64,000 nt of DNA from the NCBI RefSeq assembly GCF_004010195.1, contig NC_057749.1:20570095-20634094 (forward strand), written 5' to 3'. Source of the DNA: Chiloscyllium plagiosum (taxonomy: Eukaryota). Numbering within the stretch: the stretch's first letter is position 1; every line of letters begins with the position of its first letter. The notes beneath the pieces are model-generated. The model worked only from the letters and a program-made list of their open reading frames with translations, had not been told where the DNA came from and did not search any database. Shown piece after piece: positions 10,760-24,992 of this stretch. The translations under genes and the position numbers were made by a program.

Positions 10760-13310
10760 ACCCCAGGACAGTCCCAATGCTCATCAACAAGTGGGGCATG
10801 TTAGCAGCACCACTGACTGAGCTGGTCAGGTTCAAGAGGACATTGCTGCGAGACTGGATCTGCAGCAGGGGTTGGGGGAACTGACAAAAGGGGGAAATCT
10901 ATTTCATCTTGTCCTGACTGATCTACTTCTGCACATGCATCTGGCCATGACAGTATTAGTAGGAGTGACTATTATGCAGTCATTGTGGAGATGACATCCC
11001 ATCTTCATTCTGAGCATACCTTCCAGTGTGTTGCATTGCATGACTGGGTGACACGGTGGCTCAGTGGTTAGCACTGCTGACTCACAGCGCCAGGGACATC
11101 GGTTCAATTCCCGCCTCAGCTGACTGGTTATGTGGAGTTTGCACGTTCTCCCTGGGTTTCCTCTGGGTGCTCTGGTTTCCTCACATAGTACAAAGATGGA
11201 TTAACCTTGGGAAATGCAGGGTTATGGGGATGGGTTGGGTGGGATGCTGTTTGGAGGGTCAGTGCACACTTGATGGGCTGAATGGCCTCTATCTGCACTG
11301 TAGGGATTCTATAATTACCACAATGCAAAGTAAGATAGATTCAGAACAAAATCTAGCAATTCAAGATTGGGCCTCCATGAAGCGCAGTAGGCTATCAGCA
11401 ACAGCAGAATTGTACCCCAGCACAACCTGCAACACCTCACGGTCCAGCACGTCCCTGACTCAACCATTACCATCAAGCCAGGAGTGGCATGAAAAGTGCA
11501 TCAAAAAGTGCAGTCAGCCCCTGGTGATGATCCAACATAGAACTGCCACATTCAGTCAGGAAAGATGGAGTCTCCACAAAGATAATTGTATTAGATTATA
11601 AGGTGCTTGGCAGAAGTGAGGACTGCAGATGCTGGAAACCAGAGTTTAGATCACAGTGGTGCTGCAAAAGCACAGCGGGTCAGGCAGAATCCGAGGAGCA
11701 GGAAAATCGTTGTTTCGGGCAAAAGCCCTTCATCAGGAATGGAGGCAGGGAGCNNNNNNNNNNNNNNNNTGGGGTAAGGTGGGGGGAGGGGAGATGAGGA
11801 CACTGGCAAAGTCCACATTGATGCCCTGGGGTTGAAGTGTTCCGAGGTGGAAGATGGGAGCATAACCTTAAAGTTAAAGGCAGGCGGTTTAGAGGAGACT
11901 TGAGGCAAAGCTTTTTCACCCAAAGGGTGGTGGGAAGCTGGAAGATAGTTGAGGCAGGAAACCACACAACCTTCAAAAATTAACTAGATCAGCACTTGAA
12001 ATGTCATAACATTGAAAGCTATGGGCCTTGTAAGGAAAAGTGGAAGTAGTGTAGATTTACAGCTTTTTTGGTCACTGTAGACTCAAAGGGTAGAATTGCC
12101 TCTTCTGTACTGACATGTCTCCAGCCCCAATAACGGGACAGCCCAGCTCATCAGTGTAAAAGATAAAGCTGAAGCATTTACAACAATCTTCAGTCAGAAG
12201 GGCCAATTGATCAGCCACCTCCAGTGATCCCTAGCATCACACATACCTGTCTTCAGTCAATTCAATTCACTCCAAGTGAAATCAAGAAATGTCTGATTGC
12301 ATTGAATATGGTTAACACTGTGGACAATATGATCAGCAATCGTATTGAGGAATCGTGCTCCAGAACTAGCTGTGTCCTCTCCTGCTTAGCTGTTCCAATC
12401 GACCTCCAATACTCACAGCTACCTGGGGGATGTGGGAAAACTCTCAAGGTATGTGATGTCTGCAAAAAGCAAAAGAAATACAACCAGACCAAACATTACT
12501 CCATCAATCTACTCCCTATCATCAGTAGATTTCTGAAACATGTTGTCAACAATGTTCTCAAGAGGCACTTCACAATAACCTGCTCACTGACATTTTGTTT
12601 AGATTTCCCTGTCCCTTTAGTCCTCATTACAGACTTCAGACTAAATAGACAAAAGAGCTGAATTCCAGAAGTGAAGTGAGGGTGACTGCCCCGATATCAA
12701 GGCTGCATCCAACTGGGTGCATTATCAAGGAGTCCGAGCAAAACTGGAATCAATGGGTATCGGAGGAAAACAGTCCAATGATTGGAGCCATACCGGAGGT
12801 AAAGGAAGGTTGTTGGCATCGATGGAGGTCAATCATCTCAGCTCCAAGACACCTCTGTTGGAGTTCCTCAGGGTAGTGTCCTAGGCCTGACCATCTTCAA
12901 CTGCTTCATCAATGACCTTCCCTCCATCGTAAAATCAAAAGTTCGCCGATGATTGGACAATGTTCAGCACCATTCAGGACTCCTCAGATACTGAAGCAAT
13001 CCATATCCAAATGTAGCAAGGCCGGAAAGTGTCCAGGCTTGAGCTGACAGATTGCAAGTAAAATTCACGCTACACAAGTGCCAGACAATGACCATCTCCG
13101 GTAAAAGGAAATTTAACCATTGCCTGGACATTCAGTGACATGAATATAATTGAAGCCCACGCCATCAACATCCTGTGGGCTACCATTGATCAGAAACTGA
13201 ATTGGAACAGCCATATAAATACTGTGATTATAAGAACAAGCCAGCAGCTAGGAAGTCCACAATGAGTAACTCACTTCTGGATTCCTCAAAGCCAATGCTA
13301 CAAGGCAAGA
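10760..13310 (+). mobile_element. Old fragmented non-LTR retrotransposon (CR1/L2-like), interrupted by a V-SINE (11052-11312), a PLE repeat and a CR1 tail (about 11790-12110)
   Basis: Decayed RT motifs: YSINLLPIISR, GGAGTTCCTCAGGGTAGTGTCCTAGGC (GVPQGSVLG) and TTCGCCGATGAT (FADD). Many stops and frameshifts. Confidence 0.7.
11612..11790 (-). mobile_element. PLE family A terminal repeat with hammerhead-like motif
   Basis: Similar to 46890-47017. Minus strand reads CCTGATGAAGGGCTTTTGCCCGAAACAACG, with ACGT decayed. Contains a short N gap. Confidence 0.75.
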
Positions 13311-14019
13311 TCCAAGTTCCTTTTAAAATTTAGTTGCCAAATTTGACTAGTTTCTTTAGTGTATGGTCCACTTTTTTTTTCGCAGGGCTACTCAGGCATG
13401 TTATTGATCATGAATAAGGAATTTATTGTCTCATGAATACTTTCCAAGATGCTGGGATCCTAAACTGTGTTGAATTTGAACTGGAACTGCTTTGTCCAAT
13501 TTGTATTCCAATAATAACACAAGTCAGTGCAGGGGTCTGCCTATATAATCAATAAAGGTGGTAAACATCTGTTTCTCTCTAGCTTGTCCAACTTTGATAA
13601 GTTAAATGTTGGCAAATCTAGAACTAACCTACCCAGAAAAGTTGAGCCTTAATTCAGATCTCTGTTCTCCAATTCTGACCTCTATCTCATCGCTCTACCA
13701 TTAGAGAAAGGGATGTCAGTTAACTCAGTTTTCTAAATGGCTAGTGTATGGAATGATGCCAACAATATGGGTCCAGTCCTAGTACCAGCTGTGATAGTTC
13801 ATGGGGAGCTATGTCCTTGCCTTGTTCCTTGATGTGGAGTAATGTCCTTCAAGTTACATATAATCAGTTGTCTCCAATGAAGTAATATGCCTATGGATTA
13901 TGACTAATTACCTCTCTAATGCCAGTGACAATGCCTCCAACCATCTAGACCTTCACCTCTGAATCTTGCTTCTTCATCCTCTTTATACCCCTCTCTGTCC
14001 ATCCTTTAAGACACCTCTT

Positions 14020-15032
14020 ATAGAAAGAATATTGTTAAGCTAGAGAGGGCTCAGAAGAGATTTACCAGGATGTTGCCAGTTATGGAAGGTTTGAGTTATA
14101 AAGAAAGGCTGGATAGATTAGATTAGATTCCCTACAGTGTGGAAACAGGCCCTTCAGCCCAACCAGTCCACACTGACCTTCTGAAGAGTAACCCACCCAG
14201 ACCCATTTCCCTCTGACTAATGCACCTAACACTATGGGCAATTTAGCACGGCCAATTCACCTGACCTGCACATCTTTGGACTGTGGGAGGAAACTGGTAC
14301 ATCCGGAGAAACCCACGCAGACACGGGGAGAATGTGCAAACTCCACACAGTCACCTGAGGCAGGAATTGAACCTAGGACCCTGGTGCTGTGAGGCAGCAG
14401 TGCTAACCACTGAGCCACTGTTAGACTGGAACTTCTTTCACTGGAGCATAGGAGGTTGACAGGTGACTTTACAGAGGTTTATAAAATCATCAAGAGTATA
14501 GATAGGGTTAGTGGTAGGTTTATTTTCCTGAGGAAGGGGAATTTCAAGACTGGGGGGCATATTTTTAAGATGAGAGAGATCTTAAAAAAGACATGAAGGA
14601 CACATTGTTTTTATATATAGGTGGTTAGTGTGTGGAATGAACTTTCTGAGGAAGTGGTGGATGTGGGCACAGTTACAACATTTAAAAGACACTTAGATAA
14701 GTGCATGAATAGGAAAGGTTTGGAGGGATATGGGCCAGAAGCAGGCAGATGGGACTACTTTAGTTTGGGATTATGCTCGGCATGGACTGGTTGGACTGAA
14801 GGGTCTGTTTCCGAGCTGTATGACTCGAGGATCTTTTAGACCAAGCTTTTGGTCAACTGTCCTATCACATAGGTGTAATTACAACATTTAAAAGGCATCT
14901 GGATGAGTACATGAATAGGAAGGGTTTAAAGGGATATGGGCCAAATGCTGGCAAGTGGGACTAGATTAATTTAGGATATACGGCATGGATGAGTTGGACT
15001 GAAGGGTCTGCTTCTACACTGTACAGCTCTAT
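14020..15032 (+). mobile_element. CR1 3' fragments with a minus-strand V-SINE at about 14116-14420
   Basis: LERAQKRFTRML remnant and two HER1-like tails; SINE head CAGTGGCTCAGTGGTTAGCAC on the minus strand. Confidence 0.8.
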
Positions 15033-15520
15033 AAGGGTGTTAAATATTGGCTGATAGCACTTAAAACATAGCAAAACACCACAAGGCCATATTAATAATC
15101 AGGATTATTCTCAGATCCACGTTTCTATAAACCCACGTTCAAACTTAACCAATTTGCAAATCATAATGTGTTTGAAGCATACATGCAGCAACCCAATAAA
15201 TGTAGAAAATGTTTAATTGAAGGAAGAGTTTGTCTTCGAAACTTTGCTGCTACCCAAGGTAAAATTGGACAGAAGATTCATCATCTTTAATTGACATCAA
15301 GTATTAAGAACCTAATGAATGAGGAACATTTTATTCTTTAATCAGAATTTTGCATGGATTATAGAACATGATAGAGCTCCACACTTGGAGGAGGTTAATG
15401 ATCAATTATTTTGCACTGTGTGAAAGGAGGACTCAGCAGCCTGTCCTGGAAAAAATAAATGGGACATATTTCAATGATTGAGATGGAATGACTTCAATAA
15501 GTTGGCAGAGAGATGTAGTT

Positions 15521-16880
15521 TTAGAGTCATAGAGATGTACAGCATTGATGCTCTCACCTTATAACAGCACAGTCTTTGCCACAATGCCAACAGTGAAATA
15601 CTGATAGAGTCATAGAGATGTACAGCACAGAAACAGACCCTTCGGTCCAACCCGTCCATGCCGACCAGATATCACAACCCAATCTAGTCACATATGCCAG
15701 CACCTGGCCTATATCCCTCCTATTCATATACCCATCTAGATGCCTTTTAAATGTTGCAATTGTACCAGCCTCCACCACTTCCTCTGGCAGCTCATTCCAT
15801 ACACGTACCACCCTCTGCATGAAAACGTTGCCCCTTAGGTCTCTTTTTATATCTTTCCACTCTCACCCTAAACCTATGCCCTCTAGTTCTGGACTCCCCG
15901 ACCCCAGGGAAAAGACTTGACCTGTACAGCCGCAACATGACCTCCCAACTCCTGTACTCAATACTCTGACCAATAAAGGAAAACATACTAAATGCCTTCT
16001 TCTCTATCCCATCTACTTGCGACTCTACTTTCAAGGAGCTATGAGCCTGCACTCCAAGGTCTCTTTGTTCTGCAACACTCCCCTGGACCTTACCATTAAG
16101 TGTATAAGTCCTGCTAAGATTTGCTTTCCCAAATTGCANNNNNNNNNNNNNNNNNNNNNNNNNNNNNNNNNNNNNNNNNNNNNNNNNNNNNNNNNNNNNN
16201 NNNNNNNCACCCTGTCTTCTATCTTTGAGCCAGTTCTATATCCAAATGGCTAGTTCTCCCTGTATTCCATGAGATCTAACCTTACTAACCATTCTCCCAT
16301 GGGGAACCTTGTCGAACGCCTTACTGAAGTCCATATAGATCATGTCCACCGTTCTGCCCTCATCAATCCTCTTTGTTACTGCTTCAAAAAATTCAATCAA
16401 GTTTGTGAGACATGATTTCCCACACACAAAGCCATGTTGACTGTCCCTAATCAGTCCTTGCCTTTCCAAATATATATACATCCTGTCCCTCAGGATTCCC
16501 TCCAACAACTTGCCCACCACCGACGTCAGGCTCACTGGTCTATAGCTCCCTGGCTTGTCTTTACTGCCCTTCTTAAACAGTGGCACCATGTTAGCCAACC
16601 TCCAGTCTACCAGCACCTCACCTGTGACTAACGATGATACAAATATCTTAGTAAGAGGCCCAGCAATCACTTTTCTAGCTTCCCACAGAGTTACAGGGTA
16701 CACCTGATCAGGTCCTGGGGATTTGTCCACGTTTATGCGTTTCAAGACATCCAGCACTTCCTCCTCTGTAATATTGACATTTTTCAAGATGTCACCATCT
16801 ATTTCCCTACATTCCATATCTTACATGTTCTTTTCCACAGTAAATACTGATGCAAAATACTCGTTCAGTATCTCCTGCGG
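15521..16880 (-). mobile_element. HER1/CR1 LINE fragment with RT remnant and internal deletions
   Basis: ORF 16236-16817 carries KSPGPDQ, YRPVSLTSVVGKLLE, QHGF and DFSKAFDKVPH; HER1 3' tail present. N gap at 16139-16207. Confidence 0.9.
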
Positions 16881-17409
16881 CTCCATTGGATAGCATGGAC
16901 TGGAGTTCAACCCAATGGTCAAGGAATGAGAAGTGGGTGAATTACCAGAGCTGTATTTAAATAGGCAGGAGCCAGAAATGGAGTCATTGCATTTGTGGTC
17001 AATCGCATGTTAATATTCAAATTGGTTCCTTTATTTTGACATGATTGGTTTCATTGTTGCAGTGCTCCATTTGATGCCCTATCATCAGACGGAGAGACAT
17101 TTGGTGAATACAGAGAACCTCACCACCAGTGTTTGCTGCAAAACTAACCTGCCAAGTACGTCAACCACCATGACACAAAGATGGTTAGTATGTTCAGATG
17201 ACATTAAAGGTCTGCAAAGTGATGGGTTAAGTGAGCAGACCAAAAAAAATCACCCAACCTTGTAGCTAAAATCTCTCATCCCTGTAAGTATTCTGGTAAA
17301 ACTTTTATTTTGCACCCATTCAGAGACCATGCCTCCATTTATGAAGCGCAGAATCACATTTGCTAAGCTAACCACTCTCTCAATATGTTCTATTGCTTTG
17401 GGTTTTGGA

Positions 17410-17890
17410 GTTGGAATATTGTGATGCACTTGTATAGGACATTGGTAAGGCTACTTTTGGAGTGATGTGTACAGTTCTGGCTGCCCTACTATAGGAAGGC
17501 TATTATTAAATTGGAGAGGGTGCAGAAAAGATTTCCAAGGATGCTACTGGGATTGGAGGCTGTTCCCCATGAACTACCAAGTTATAAGGAGAGGCTGAAT
17601 AGGCTGGGCCTTTCTTCACTGGAGAGTAGGAGATTGAGGGATAACCTTATAGAGGTCTACAAATTCATGAGGGGCATAGACAAGGTGAATAGCCAAGGTC
17701 TTTTCACTGGGGTTGGGGAGTTCAAAACGAGATGGCACTAAAGGTGAGAGGAGTTGGCTCTAAAAGGGACCTGAGGGGCAACGTTTTCACATGGAGGGTG
17801 ATTTGTATGTGGAATGAATTGCCAGGGAAATGGTGGATGCAGGTACAGTTATAACATTCAAGAGCCATTTGGACAGGTACATGAATACTC
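17410..17890 (+). mobile_element. CR1 3' fragment
   Basis: LERVQKRFPRML...SYKERLNRLGL..LESRRLRDNLIEVYKFMRGIDKV. Confidence 0.8.
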
Positions 17891-19420
17891 CAGCTCCTAT
17901 ATCTTGTGAATCTACAACATATGGATCGATTGTAGGTTGAGTCATCTCAGTGACACTGGAAATTTTGCTCTAAGCAAAACAAAGGTTGGAATGACTGGGA
18001 ATGTTCCTGCACTGGGAAAAATCCCAATGGCACTCTATGGTATAATAGCTGTAGTTAGAAAGAAAGGAAGCATCAGATTACCTTCTTGCATAACTAAAGC
18101 ATTTCAATTGACGCATTTAACTTTTACTGTAGAAAAATGCAATCAAGATACTTCACAAGAAGGTCATAGCGTGGAAACAAACCCTTCGGTCTAACTCGTT
18201 CACGCCAACCAGATATCCTAAATTAATCTAGTCCCATTTGCCAGCATTTGGCTCCTTCCCTTCTCAACCCTTCCTACTAATTTTGGATTCCCCCATTCTG
18301 GGAAAAAGACCTTGGCTATTGACTCTATCCATGCGTCTCGTGATTTTATAAACCTTTAAGGTCACTCCTCAGCCTGTGAGGCTCCAGGGAAAATAATCAG
18401 GTAATCAGACAAAAATTAAGACCAAGCCAAAAGAACTGGCATCTGGACAAACTGAGGAGAGAGGTGGAGAGGTTTAGGGAATCTATTCCTGAGCTCAGAG
18501 GTTTAGAGGTTAAAGACAGAGTTGCCAACACTGTAAGTGAAGGAGGCTGGAGAAGCATGAGATGCCAGAGCTGGAAGAACACAGAGTTCAACCTTGTAAC
18601 ATTCCGTGGTTAAATTGTTTGAAACTTATCCAGTACAAAAGGATGCTTTTTTCTTTTGCTATGGATACAAACAGGTAACAAATAACAGCTACTTTTATCG
18701 GACAACATTGTCAGCAAAAACAATATTTTTTAAGGTAAATTTAAGTTAGCTATTGAGACAAAGCCATTGTGTGTGAGCAGAGAGCGCAGGGGAAGATAGA
18801 GGAAAAGATTTTTCAGGCTCAAACTGTTTTATCCAGAGAAGATTGGTCTGAAAAGCCTTTAAAACTCAAAGCAATCAGAATTTTGACGCCCAACCTCCAA
18901 TGAAAATACAGACAGCTAACTTATCATGGGTACTCACAGAATCAACACGGTACAAAAACAGGCCATTTGTCCCATCTCGCAATCCTTGCAGGCAGACTGT
19001 CCAGGTACTTACCACAAACTGTGTGAAACATTTCTTCTTCTCATTCACCCTAACTCTGTTGCCCAAAACTTTAAATGTGTTACCTGAACTTGTAGCTAAT
19101 TAAGCATCCTCTCTTTGTCTATTCTATCTAATCATGTGCAACTCTATCGAATCTATCCTCAATCACCTCTGCTGCAAGAACAATCCTCATTTTCCTAACC
19201 AACATTGTTACTAAAATTCTTGACCCTGGAAGTATTCTGGTAAATTTCTTTTGCACTAGAGACCCTCACTTCCTGCCTAGAACTGGACAAAATACATCAG
19301 TTATGGCCAAACAGGAGCTTTAAAAAGATTCAGTATAATTTCCCTGCTTTTGAACTCCATGAAGGCCAGAATCACATTTGCTATGCTAACTGCTCTATTC
19401 ATATATCCTATCACTTAGCG

Positions 19421-22023
19421 TAAGAGGTCTGGATGGGGTAGACTTTGTAAGAAGCGCCAGGAGAGTTTTCTAGAGCAGTATGTCAATAGTCCGACGAGGG
19501 AAGAGACCATATTAGATCTGGTACTGGGGAACGAGCCAGGACAGGGGGTAGAAGTTGCAGTGGGGGACTTCTTTGGGAACAGTGACCACAATTCTGTAAG
19601 TTTTAGAATACTCGTAGATAAAGATGAGAGTGGTCCTAAGGGATGCGTCCCGCCTCAGGCAACAGTCTGTGTGGAGTTTGCACATTCTCCCCGTATCTGT
19701 GTGGGTTTCCTCCAGGTACTCCGGTTTCCTCCCACAGACCAAAGATGTGCGGGTCAGGTGAATTGGCCATGCTAAAACGCCCGTAGTGTTAGGTGCATTA
19801 GTCAGGGGTAAATGTAGGGGAAGGGGTATGGGTGGGTTGCTCTTTGGAGGGTCGCTGTGGACTTGTTGGGCTGAAGGGCCTGTTTCCACACTGTAGGGAA
19901 TCTAATCTAATAAAAGACTGGGCCAAGGCCAATTATATGAAAATTAGGCAGGAGCTCAGAGATGTGGATTGGATACAGCTATTTGAAGGAAAGTTCACAT
20001 TTGATATGTGGAAGGCTTTCAAAGATAGTGCAGGATAGGCATATCTCGTTGAAGGCAAAGGATAGGAAGGGCAAGATTCGTGAACCGTGGATGACAGGAG
20101 AAATTGTACAAACAGCCAAGAGGAAAAGGGAAGCGTACATAAGGTCTAGGCAGTTAAGGTCAGAACGGGCCCTTGAGGAATATCGGAAGAGTAGGACAAG
20201 TCTTAAACGAGGAATCAAGCAGGCAAAAAGGGGTCATGAAATAGCTTTAGCGAGTAGAATTAAGGAGAATCCCAAAGCATTTTATTCTTATATAAGAAGC
20301 AAGCGGGTAACTAGGGAAAGGATTGGTCTGCTGTGTGTCGAACCTGAGAGAATGGTTGAGATTCTGAATGATTACTTTGCATCAGTGTTCACTGAGGAGA
20401 GGAACATGATGAATCTTGAGATTAAAGATAGAAGTTTGATTAGTCTGGATCACGTTGACATAAGTAGGATAGGCTAGAGGCTATTAAAGTGGACAAATCC
20501 CTAGGACCAGATGGGATCTATCCCAGGTTGCTGAGGGAGGCGAGAGAGGAAATAGCTGGGGCCCTGACAGATATCTTTGTGGCATCCTTAAATACAGATG
20601 AGGTGCCGGAGGACTGGAGGGTTGCCCAAGTTGTCCCCCTGTTCAAGAAGGGTAGTAGGGATATTCCAGGTAACTACAGACTAGTGAGCCTGACGTCGGT
20701 GGTGGGAAAGTTGCTGGAGAGGGTACTGAGGGATAGGATCTATTTAAGAATAGATCAGAATAGGCTTTTCAGTGATAGGCAACATGGTTTTGTGCGAGGA
20801 AGATCGTGCCTTACCAACTTAATAGAGTTCTTTGAGGAAGTGACCAAGTTGATAGATGAAGGAAGGGCTGTTGATGTCGTATACATGGATTTTAGTAAGG
20901 CGTTTGATAAGGTTCCCCATGGTAGACTAATGGAGAAAATGAAGTCATATGGTGTGCAGGGTGCTCTAGCTAGGTGGATAAAGAACTGGTTGAGCAACAG
21001 GAGACAGAGAGTAGTAGTTGAAGGGAGTCTCTCGAAATGGAGAAAGGTGACCAGTGTGTTCCACAGGGATCAGTGTTGGGGCCACTGTTGTTTGTGATAT
21101 ACATAAATGATCTGGAAGAGGGCACTGTTGGTATAATCAGCAAGTTTGCAGATGACACGAAGATTGGTGGAGTAGCAGAAAGCATAAGGGACTGTCAAAG
21201 AATACAAGAGGATATAGATAGACTGGAGAGTTGGGCGGAAAAGTGGCAGATGGATTTCAATCCAGACAAATGTGAGGTGATGCATTTAGGCAGGACCAAT
21301 TCTAGAGCGAATTATACAATGAATGGAAGAGCCTTGGGAAAAGTTGATGAACAGAGAGATCTGAGAGTGCAGGTCCATTGTACCCTGAAGGTTGCTGCAC
21401 AGGTTGGTAGAGTGGTCAAGAAGGCATATAGTATGCTTGCCTTCATTGGACAGGGTATTGAGTATAAGAGCTGGCAAGTCATGTTAAAATTATACAAGAC
21501 ATTGGTTTGGCCGCATTTAGAAAACGGTGTATAGTTCTGGTCGCCACATTACCAAAAGGATGTGGATGCGTTGGAGAGGGTGCAGAGAAGGTTTACGAGG
21601 ACGTTGCCTGGTATGGAAGGTGCTAGCTATGAAGAAGCGTTGAGTAGGTTAGGTTTGTTTTCATTAGAAAAAAAGAGATTGGGGGGGACCTGATTGAGGT
21701 TTACAAAATCATGAAGGGTATAGACAGGGTGAATAGAGATAAGCTTTTTCTCAGGGTGAGGGATTCAATAACAAGAGGTCACGGTTTCAAGGTGAGAGGT
21801 GAAAAGTTTAAGGGGGATACACGTGGCAAGTACTTCACACAGAGAGTGGTGGACGTCTGGAATGCATTGCCAGCAGAGCTGGTAGAGACAGGCATGGTAG
21901 ATTCATTTAAGATGCATCTGGACAGATGCACGAGTAGGTGGGGAGCAGAGGGATACAGATGCTTAGGAATTGGGCGACAGGTTTAGATAGTAAATTTGGA
22001 TCGGCTCAGGCTTTCTTTGTTCT
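19421..22023 (+). mobile_element. 5'-truncated CR1 LINE (endonuclease end, RT, C-terminus) with a nested V-SINE at about 19645-19911
   Basis: FGNSDHNSV endonuclease motif; RT pieces 20489-21097 and 21037-21534 (FSKAFDKVPH, PQGSVLGPLLF, KFADDTK) joined by frameshifts. Confidence 0.92.
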
Positions 22024-22079
22024 TATTCTAGGATTGTCACAATTTTGAAATTTTTTTTACACAGTAGTCCTAATCATTT

Positions 22080-22780
22080 ATAGAACAGATAACAGCACAG
22101 GACAGTACAGGCCATTTGACCCTCAATGTTGTGCTGGCCTTTTATCCTACTCTAAGATCAAACTAACTTACTTACCCTTCATTTTACTATCTTCCATTTG
22201 GTTATCCGAGAGTCGTTTAAATGTCCCAAATATATGACTCTACTAACACTATTGGCAGTGCATTCCATGCACCCACCACTCTCTGTGTAAAGAACCTACC
22301 TCAGACAGCTCCCCTAAAGCTTCCTCAAATCACCTTAAAATAATGCCCCCTCGTGATAGCCATTTTGCCTTGGAAAAACGTTTCTGGCTATTCACTCGAT
22401 CTATGCTCCTCATCATCTTGTACACCTCTATCAAGTCACCTCTCATCCTTCTTCACTCCAATGAGAAAAACCCTAGCTCCCTCAACCTTTCTTCATAAGA
22501 CATGCCATTCCAGACAGAATCCTGGTAAATCTCCTCTGGACCCTCTCTAAAGTTTTCACATTCTTCCTGTAAATGAGGTGACCAGAACTGAACACAATAT
22601 TCCAAGTGTGGTGTAACCAGGGCTCTGTACAGCTGCAGCAAACCTCGTGGCTCTTAAACTCAATCCCCCTGCTCATGAAAGCCAACACTCCATAAGCCTT
22701 AACAACCCCATCAATTTGGGTAGCAATTTTGAAGGATCTAAGGATGCAGACCCCAAGTACCCCCCGTTCCTCCATCAAAA
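22080..22780 (-). mobile_element. CR1 3' fragment
   Basis: LQLYRALVTPHLEYCVQFWSPH...SYEERLRELGFFSLE; same subfamily as 53257-57080. Confidence 0.85.
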
Positions 22781-23042
22781 AGGCAGAGTAACACAAGAGC
22801 CATAATGTCTGCAGTCTCTGTATAAATTCATTACCCTTCAGATGTTAAACTCTGCAGCACTAAAGCACATGCCTTTAACTGGATCATCATATTTCACATG
22901 TTTGGTTCTATAAAGTGGTACTTCTTCTAACTTACCATGAACACAGCCACGAGATAGCTGCTAAATATATAGCCAGTGGATTACATGCATATAAAGACAA
23001 CAAACTGATCAAGAAGCTGTTAAAAATTAACTTTCTGTTGCT

Positions 23043-23048
23043 TTTATT
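23043..23048 (-). promoter_or_regulatory. Polyadenylation signal AATAAA (distal)
   Basis: TTTATT on +. On the minus strand it is followed by a GU/U-rich tract (CTTCTTGATCAGTTTGTTGTCTTT), and repeat-dense DNA resumes shortly beyond. A second AATAAA lies at 23878-23883. Confidence 0.6.
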
Positions 23049-24734
23049 TGAAATATTTTAAGTAAACATAATAAGAAGGCACAGAGGCCAATGCAGATTA
23101 AATAGAGAGGTGATGGCTTGGGGTGGGAAAAATCCCTGATAACATGTAGACCTACCCTTAACAAACTACACAGGTTACTTTGCAAAATGTTTTTCTACAC
23201 GCTACTGTACACATTTATCAAAAAGTACAAATGTCTATACGTTGTATCAAAAACAGTGAAATAAGGAAGTGAACAGAGCTGAATTCCGTAAGATAAATAT
23301 TTTAAATTATTTTATCTGTAAATAATAAAGCTGAATTCTGGCTCAAAAATATTAAAGGTAGACTCCAGACTCTGAATTGATGCACAATGATTAAAACCCT
23401 TTCTATATCCAGCTCCTTGCATTTATCCAGATTTACTAATTTCTTCTACGTAGTAAATACAAGTAAACCACCTCTTGGGAACAAGTAAGTTACTGTCCAT
23501 ATCAAGAGGATGCAACTTAGCAAGAACTGCACTATGTAAATGAAATCAATTAAAATGAATACTTCTTTAGAGGAGAGTGAGTTCTTGACAAAATTGTGCT
23601 CAGAGTCTGGGGTACACCCTTTAAGTGTAATAATAAGATCACGTGAACACAACGGCGTAAGGTAGTACAGCACTTAAATAGGAAGTCCACGTGAAAATTT
23701 TAGTCAATATGACTACAATTAAATATAAATCTCCAAAGTAATTTATAAAATTGAGTAATATGGGAGATACATTTTTCTTTAAAGAAACTAATTTTATAAA
23801 ATTTAAGTAAGGTACAGTACAGTGGTCATTTAAGCAGGGAATTACATTAGTTCTGTTTCTTTTAATTTTTAAAATACTTTATTTGATCCTCCTGTAAATT
23901 ACTTTAGTGCCATTCACATGGGTAGCAGTGAGAATGGCAGTGCATAAGCCAGTTAATAAGCATCCTTCCTCATGGCACAGCCCATTTATGAAGGAAATCT
24001 TGGCACAGACTCTGACTCAATCTCATACATTCTACAGTGTCTGCTTAAAAGGCGTGAGCAGACACAGAGGAACATGTCACTTGTCCCGGGGTAGGTGGTG
24101 GGGAGGGAGGGGGCTCGGGGAAGTGAGGGATGCTGTCATTAAATGGCTTCAGCGATACTCTGAAATGATTTACAGCAAGGTGAACGGGATCACTGGGCAT
24201 TACTTTCAATGGGCATGGAGACACTGAAAAAAACAAACAAGTCAGTGTGCAGCCTTGTACAACAAGAAAAGCACCTTTCAAACCAACAAGGTCCCCATTC
24301 TTACTTTCTGTAACCTGGGAGAAGGAAAATGGATAGACAATGGAAAATCCAGTCAGTCTGCTGCAACGTACGGGCTTAGCCAGTTTACATCCGCCTCAGC
24401 ATGCTTGTCATTTCCATAATCTCCATTCAACATGAAGAACAATGTGAGATTAAATAATTTCACCACGTGAAGAAATCTGCACAATTCAGAGATCTTCTCT
24501 GTACCTTAAACATCAGGTTTCAATCTAACACAAGTGCTAGATAACTGGTAATTTATTTGAAATTCATTTAATTGAAAGGAATGGTTTCAGTGGCTCGTGC
24601 AACTCTCTGGTCGCCAGCACCAGAGTCAGACCTTTGCTTTGCAGATGCAAAATAAACTTCTGTAACACACTGAATGCAAACAGTGGGCCCAATGTCTGAC
24701 CAACCGACTGGGAAGTACTGGGACTTCTTTAACT

Positions 24735-24992
24735 AGAATCATAGAATCCCTACAGTGTGGACGAAGTCCTCGCCAGTCCTCCGAAGTGCAACCCACCCCT
24801 CACCCTATCCCTGTAACCTCATATTTCCCATGGCTAATCCACTTAACCTGTACATCTTTGGGCTGTGGGAGGAAACCCATGCAGACAAAGGAAGAATGTA
24901 CAAACTCCTCACAGACAGTTGCCTAAGGCTGGAATCAAACCCAGGTCCCTGATACTGTGAGGCAGCAGTGCTAACCACTGAGCCACCATGTT
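24735..24992 (-). mobile_element. V-SINE within the putative 3' UTR (sense to the gene)
   Basis: Head ATGGTGGCTCAGTGGTTAGCACTGCTGCCTCACAG, partly deleted V-domain and tail ACACTGTAGGGATTCTATGATTCTA. Confidence 0.85.
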
